Below, in pieces: positions 58,983-64,000 of a stretch of DNA of 64,000 nt (the first letter of the stretch is position 1; the number at the start of each line of letters is the position of its first letter). Made by a program: the position numbers and the translations under genes. The notes beneath the pieces were generated by a model that worked only from the letters and a program-made list of their open reading frames with translations, was not told the origin of the DNA and ran no database searches. This DNA is from a bacterium (lineage in GTDB: Bacteria; RBG-13-61-14; DATKZS01). The stretch covers positions 448,001 to 512,000 of the forward strand of contig CAXXFL010000006.1 in the NCBI GenBank assembly GCA_963674965.2. The letters run 5' to 3'.

Positions 58983-59870
58983 CTAAAACCTGGCGTTTAC
59001 CGCGTCCCTGGGCACGCTGCATATGGACGCGACTTCCCTTGCGTTCTCGCCCATGCACAAGGCAAGAATCTGGTTGTAGTCGAAAACCGGTATACCGTAG
59101 GCGCCGTTTCCGCCGCTCAAATGTTTTTGTACGTTGTCAAGGTGCATGAGGCAGGTTATGCATGAAACCACGATCAAGTCCGCCTTGGTTTCGTTTTTGA
59201 TGGCGTCAAGTTTTTCCTTGGCGTACCGTTGGGCCTCAGGGGCCGAGGTGTTATGAAATCCTCCCGCCCCTCCGCAGCATTGGTACTCCCTGCTGAAGGA
59301 GTCGACCTCAGCGCCCAGGGCCTCGACCAAGTCCCTGAGAATGTGCGGGCGCGCGGGAGGAGAGTCGAAACCGACCAGTTCGCTGGGAAACAAGGTATGG
59401 CACGGGTACTGTACCACGGCGTGGAGGCCCTCGAGGCTCTTGCCGATGGTCCTGGATATCTTGTCAAGCCCCACCTCGTTATACAAAACGTCGGTTATGT
59501 GACGGACCTTGGCCTTGCCCGTCACGCTTCTTCCCGTCGGCTCGAGCAGCTCGTTGACCCGGTCCTTTCTTTTCTCGCTCGATAGAATGTGCTCACGCCC
59601 GGTCTGTAGCGAGCTGTAGCATGATCCACACTCGACGAGCAGGTCCAGCCCTTTTTTTTCGGCCAGGGAAAGGTTCCAGCCGCTCACGGCCAGATGGGAA
59701 TCGTCGTCGTTTGACGGGAAAGTCCCGAAAGCCGGACAACAGACGAAACCCTCCAGGTCCACCAGGTCGACGCCCAGCCGGGGCATGGTCGTTCTTATCG
59801 CCCTCTCCACGTCCGGGCGCAGAGCCGGGGTATTGCATCCCAAGAATAGTCCGATTTCCATTTTATGCAC
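58983..59870 (-). CDS. hdrB: Heterodisulfide reductase subunit B-like (CCG domains)
   Basis: FLGC, CCP, ECGSCY, YPCH, CCGGAG, SCITC. Confidence 0.9.
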   Translation of the reverse strand: MHKMEIGLFLGCNTPALRPDVERAIRTTMPRLGVDLVDLEGFVCCPAFGTFPSNDDDSHLAVSGWNLSLAEKKGLDLLVECGSCYSSLQTGREHILSSEKRKDRVNELLEPTGRSVTGKAKVRHITDVLYNEVGLDKISRTIGKSLEGLHAVVQYPCHTLFPSELVGFDSPPARPHILRDLVEALGAEVDSFSREYQCCGGAGGFHNTSAPEAQRYAKEKLDAIKNETKADLIVVSCITCLMHLDNVQKHLSGGNGAYGIPVFDYNQILALCMGENAREVASICSVPRDAVNARF

Positions 59871-60372
59871 CCTTAAACATGAATTCGTTGTCGCTGATGA
59901 TCTTGGTCTTCATCAGCATTTGTCTGAATTTCTCCAGAAGATCGGGATACTCCCCTAAAACCGGCAGCTTTTCCGGAAGCCCGAGTTCCTTTCTCTGCTC
60001 GGTGTTTCTCTCAACCGGCTGGGTGTATCCCCTGTTATAAATTTCCACGATCGACGGTGGAATCCGAGTGGAATCGTTCGCGCACTGCCACTTTCTGATG
60101 GCCAGACAAAGCTCGAAAGGCTTGACGTCCATGGGACACATTTCCTCGCAGCGCGAGCAGGTCACGCAGGTCCAAGGCGTGTCCTCATCGAGAAGCTCGT
60201 CCTCCATGCCCAGGATGACCATGCGCGCCAGGTTCCGGATGAGAAGCGGAGGGTCCGCGTTTGAAGCCGGGCAGCCGGAGATACAGGCTCCGCAATTGAA
60301 GCAATAGCGCAGGTTGGGATTGTCGTAAACCTCGCTCCATAAATCTTTCTTCGCTTCCTGCAAATCAACCAA
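59863..60372 (-). CDS. hdrC: Heterodisulfide reductase subunit C-like (2x 4Fe-4S)
   Basis: CFNCGACISGCP and WTCVTCSRCEEMCP; AGGAGG RBS before TTG 60372. Confidence 0.9.
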   Translation of the reverse strand: MVDLQEAKKDLWSEVYDNPNLRYCFNCGACISGCPASNADPPLLIRNLARMVILGMEDELLDEDTPWTCVTCSRCEEMCPMDVKPFELCLAIRKWQCANDSTRIPPSIVEIYNRGYTQPVERNTEQRKELGLPEKLPVLGEYPDLLEKFRQMLMKTKIISDNEFMFKGA

Positions 60373-60389
60373 GTCGGGACCTCCTGAGT

Positions 60390-63300
60390 TTACAAGACCG
60401 CGCCGACGCTCTCGTCCCTTAATTTCGCGTCGATCACGGCCATGGTTTGTTTTTCGTTCCAGCCTAGGACCTCGGCCGCGTTGTTCGGGCAGCTTACCGC
60501 GCACATGCCGCATGCCTGACAAGCTTCCGGGTCCACCATGATTTGGTTTTTAACCTCGTCGAAGGAGCGGGCGTTGTAGGGACAGACCTCCACGCATCGC
60601 CGGCAGCGGGAACAGAGCGAGTCATGCACCACCGAAACCACCCGGGGCGTGTGAATCTCGCCGCGGGAAAGATACTCGTAGGCCTTTTGCGCCGCGGCCT
60701 CGGCCTGCATTATGGCCTCGTTGACCGTCCGCGGCGAGTGGGCCAGGCCGGCCATGAAGACGCCCAGCCTGTTGGATTCAACCGGCCTCCATTTCGAGTC
60801 GGCCTCGACGAAAAAGCCGTCGGCGTTCAACTCGACGTCAAAGACGCGGGCGAGGGAGGCGTTGGATTCGCTGGGCTCGATCCCGGTGGCCAGGATTACC
60901 CGGTCGGCCGCTATTTCCATGGGCAGGCGCAACACGTGGTCGGTAAATCTCACCACCGGTTTATCGGCCCCGAGCTCGACTTCAGGCTTGGAGTCAAGCT
61001 CGTAATTCACGAAGATAATCCCCTCGCCGCGCGCCTTGGTGTAATATTGCTCGAAGTAACCGTAGGTCATCATGTCCCGGTTCAGAATGAACACTCGCGT
61101 CTCGGGGTTTTTTTCACGGATTTTAAAGGCGTTCTTGAGAGCGCCGGCGCAACACACGCGGCTGCAATATTCCCTTTGTCCCCTCTCGCGGGAGCCGACG
61201 CACTGGATCATGACCACGTTTTCCAAACCCCCGGCGTCGATCTCCCCGGAGGAGAACTTTTTTTCAAACTCCGACTGGGTCAGGACACGGTCGGATTTTC
61301 CATGAGAATATTCATCGGTTTTGCCCTCGCGTCCCCCCGTGGCCAGGATAACGGCCCCGTGCTCGATTTCCTTGGTTTCCCCTCCTCCGACGTTCCTGAT
61401 CGTCGAGACGAAACATCCCAGCGCCCCGTCGCTTCTGGCGACCTCGTGGTTGAAATGTACCTCGATGCCGTCGCTGTCCTGGACCTCATTGATCAAACTT
61501 TCCACCATGCCGGAGGTGTTCAGGTTGTCAACCGTGTATTGAAGCTCCGTTCCCGCGTGCCCTCCCAGCCGTCTGGACTTCTCGATGAGGTGAACAAAAA
61601 CGCCTCGCTCCGCCAGGGAAAGGGCCGCCTTCATGCCGGCCACTCCTCCTCCCACCACCAGGGCCGACTGGTTGATGGGAACGATATTTCGATGAAGGGC
61701 CCTGGCAAGCCTGAGCTTTTCCTTGTTGACCTGAATCTCCTCGACGATTTTTCCGATCCAGCCCTTGTCATCCGGATCGGACAAGCCGTTTCTCGCTATA
61801 TCCAGCAGGTTGAAGACCTCGACCAGGGAATAATTGAAGCCCGCGTCGAGCGCGATATGCTTTAGTTTCCGCTTGTACACGTAGGGCAGGCAGGCGCCGA
61901 AGAGCAGCCGGTTGCACTTGGTTTTGCGGAGTATTTCCTCGAGTTCCTCCCTTTGCTCCTCCCGGCACAGGGAATCCAGGATATGGACCTCGTCCACCCC
62001 GTGCAGGCCCTTTAGCTTGGCCCCCAGAGGCTCGAGGTCGAGACCCTCGGGTATCTTCTCGTCCTTGCAGCGGCAAAGGATGGCGGCGACGCGAGGTTGT
62101 TCGCGATCCACGTCCTTTTCCTCCACTTCCTTTTCCATTATTCTGGGCGCGTTGATACGCCTCAAAAGCTTGGAAGCTTCCCCGGAGGCCGCGATGCCGC
62201 TGGTGATGGCCTCGCTGATATCGGTCAGTCCCATCAGGGAACCGCAGATATATACGCCTTCCTTGACCAATTTCACCTTGCTGAAGTCCTCGTTTTTAAG
62301 AAGACTCGAATCCGTAACCTCCGTGTCCAGCAACTCGGAGATTTTTTTATGGTCCTCGAAGGGAGCCTGTCCGGTCGAGAGCACCACCATGTCGAACTCG
62401 TCCCTCTTGAACTCCCCGGCGCGATTGTCGTAATACCTGATAGTAAGGGTCCCGTCCGGGTCCTTGAGTACTTCCTGCGCCCTGCACCTGACCAGCTTGA
62501 CGCCGTATTCCTTTTCGGCCATTTCGCGATAGCGGTAAAAATCCTTTCCAAAGGTTCGCATGTCCATGTAGAAGATGGTGGTTTCCATTCCGGGTCCGCC
62601 TTCCTCGTGGGCCAGCACGGCCTCCTTGAGCGCGAACATGCAGCAGATGGAGGAACAGTAATCCCTCCCGTGGCGGCGGTTCCTGGACCCCACGCACTGT
62701 ATCCATGCTATGCGCTTGGCCGGCCTTCCGTCCGAGGGGCGGTGAATTTCCCCGTCGTAAGTCCCGGACCCGCTCAATATGCGCTCGAAGGCCAGGGAGG
62801 TCACGACGTCCTCCGACACGGTGTAAGGCTTGGCGTCGTCCTGGGTACCGGGGTCGTAAAGAGAGACGCCGGAGGCCATAATGATCGCGTCGACTTCAAC
62901 CAGTTCTATCTCGTCCCGGGCCTCGAGGTCGATGGCGTCGGTAGGACAGACCTTGAGACACTCGCCGCACTTGTCGCAGGCGTCGACGTCCACGACCAGC
63001 ATCTGGGGCACGTTGTGGGGCACGGGCTGGTAAATGGCCTTCCTGTCGGTGAGCCCGTGGTTGAACTCGTCCGGCGCCGTCACGGGGCAGGCCTCGACGC
63101 ACTCGCCGAACCCGTTGCAGATGTCGGGATTCACGTGGCGGGCGCGTTTCAGGAGTTCCACTTGGTATTCACCGGCGCTTCCTTTTATTGACTTCACCTC
63201 GGTAAAGGGCATTATTTCGATGTTGTCGTGGTAAAGGCTTTTTCTCATGCAGTGCTGGGAGGCATATTCTCTTCCCACCATGGGCAGCATCCTGCACATG

Positions 63301-63476
63301 CCGCAATGGTTGGTGGGAAACTGGTGGTCGAGTTTGGCGAGTATTCCCCCGATGTGGGGAGAGGACTCGGCTAAAATCACCTTATAACCCGTTTCAGCGA
63401 GCTCGAGCGCGGCCTTGATCCCGGCGATTCCAGCCCCCACCACGAGCACCGTGCCGACTCTTTCCTGGTCTGCCAT
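60390..63476 (-). CDS. hdrA: Heterodisulfide reductase subunit A-like protein with duplicated FAD module
   Basis: Two GxGxAG FAD motifs, two QCVGSR...YCSxxCC motifs, inserted and C-terminal ferredoxin motifs. Confidence 0.93.
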   Translation of the reverse strand: MADQERVGTVLVVGAGIAGIKAALELAETGYKVILAESSPHIGGILAKLDHQFPTNHCGMCRMLPMVGREYASQHCMRKSLYHDNIEIMPFTEVKSIKGSAGEYQVELLKRARHVNPDICNGFGECVEACPVTAPDEFNHGLTDRKAIYQPVPHNVPQMLVVDVDACDKCGECLKVCPTDAIDLEARDEIELVEVDAIIMASGVSLYDPGTQDDAKPYTVSEDVVTSLAFERILSGSGTYDGEIHRPSDGRPAKRIAWIQCVGSRNRRHGRDYCSSICCMFALKEAVLAHEEGGPGMETTIFYMDMRTFGKDFYRYREMAEKEYGVKLVRCRAQEVLKDPDGTLTIRYYDNRAGEFKRDEFDMVVLSTGQAPFEDHKKISELLDTEVTDSSLLKNEDFSKVKLVKEGVYICGSLMGLTDISEAITSGIAASGEASKLLRRINAPRIMEKEVEEKDVDREQPRVAAILCRCKDEKIPEGLDLEPLGAKLKGLHGVDEVHILDSLCREEQREELEEILRKTKCNRLLFGACLPYVYKRKLKHIALDAGFNYSLVEVFNLLDIARNGLSDPDDKGWIGKIVEEIQVNKEKLRLARALHRNIVPINQSALVVGGGVAGMKAALSLAERGVFVHLIEKSRRLGGHAGTELQYTVDNLNTSGMVESLINEVQDSDGIEVHFNHEVARSDGALGCFVSTIRNVGGGETKEIEHGAVILATGGREGKTDEYSHGKSDRVLTQSEFEKKFSSGEIDAGGLENVVMIQCVGSRERGQREYCSRVCCAGALKNAFKIREKNPETRVFILNRDMMTYGYFEQYYTKARGEGIIFVNYELDSKPEVELGADKPVVRFTDHVLRLPMEIAADRVILATGIEPSESNASLARVFDVELNADGFFVEADSKWRPVESNRLGVFMAGLAHSPRTVNEAIMQAEAAAQKAYEYLSRGEIHTPRVVSVVHDSLCSRCRRCVEVCPYNARSFDEVKNQIMVDPEACQACGMCAVSCPNNAAEVLGWNEKQTMAVIDAKLRDESVGAVL

Positions 63477-63486
63477 TTCTCGTCTC

Positions 63487-64000
63487 CTAGCCGGCCTGTC
63501 CGGTCACTTCGGCAAACTCGTCCTCGAAGAACACCGAAAGCGGCTGAGGTTCTTCCAGGTCTCTTCCCGGCTCGTACTCGAACCTGGCCTGGGTCCTCAT
63601 GGCCATGGACCGGAACAAGGGAGCCAGCTCGATGCCGTTGGGGCACGCGCTCGAGCACTGGCCGCAGCCGACGCACAAGGCGCTCATGTGCAGCATGCGC
63701 GTCATATGAAACATGAGGGTGTCGCTGGGAATCTTGAAAAAACCGTGCTTGTCGGCCCAGTTCATGTATTTGTCCCCGGGGTGCCGGAAGGTATCGGTCA
63801 CGAACACGCATTCCTTGCAATAGCAAACCGGGCAGGCCACCCGGCAGTTGTAGCAGTTAACGCATCCGGCCAGATGCTCCTCCAGCTTTCCCACCTCGTC
63901 GATCTTCTCATCGAACTCGGCGAGGACCGCGTCTCTTGTCTCGACTCGCCTGCTAACGATCTCCTCGACGGCTTTTTGCCTTTTGGCCGGTTCCTCTTCC
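63487..64000 (-). CDS. 4Fe-4S dicluster protein (FdhB/FlxD-like C-terminus), 5' end outside the window
   Basis: CVNCYNCRVACPVCYCKEC, FHMTR..H....CVGCGQCSSACP; frame open to the window edge; directly upstream of hdrA. Confidence 0.85.
   Translation of the reverse strand, partial: EEEPAKRQKAVEEIVSRRVETRDAVLAEFDEKIDEVGKLEEHLAGCVNCYNCRVACPVCYCKECVFVTDTFRHPGDKYMNWADKHGFFKIPSDTLMFHMTRMLHMSALCVGCGQCSSACPNGIELAPLFRSMAMRTQARFEYEPGRDLEEPQPLSVFFEDEFAEVTGQAG

Overview
GC-rich (about 60% by eye) bacterial chromosome segment. Gene content (sigma54 activators, HdrABC, a myxobacterial/deltaproteobacterial-type pilin domain, FmdE-linked metal uptake) points to an anaerobic Desulfobacterota/Deltaproteobacteria-like organism; this is inference. 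Left part: sigma54-controlled usp/cytidylate-kinase-like operon with its NtrC-type regulator, Tat-exported GH97, a Ser/Thr kinase plus FHA pair, an MCP, a pilV-pilW-pilX-pilY1 operon, glgX and comF. Middle part (about 24-39.2 kb) is an accessory hotspot: an internally deleted IS66, a decayed array of three RHS modules with AT-rich C-terminal domain/partner pairs, an intact IS3 with 4-bp target duplication and a highly base-paired 250-nt 3' tail, and a decayed REP-associated tyrosine transposase (RAYT) with GTCCCCAGAT-type motifs around cargo DNA. Right part: alkaline phosphatase, aldehyde dehydrogenase, ankyrin proteins, an ExbB-ExbD-TonB/ABC/TonB-receptor/TsaA/FmdE/DmeF metal cluster and part of an hdr operon. 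Most notable observation: both surviving RHS C-terminal domains start, exactly at the predicted RHS autocleavage point, with a mature type IV pilin-like N-terminal helix (FTLMELL...; FNLIKL...ILVLLALP), and both are followed by paralogous membrane-anchored partner genes. No rRNA, tRNA or CRISPR array was recognised. All product calls come from motif recognition by eye, not database searches.
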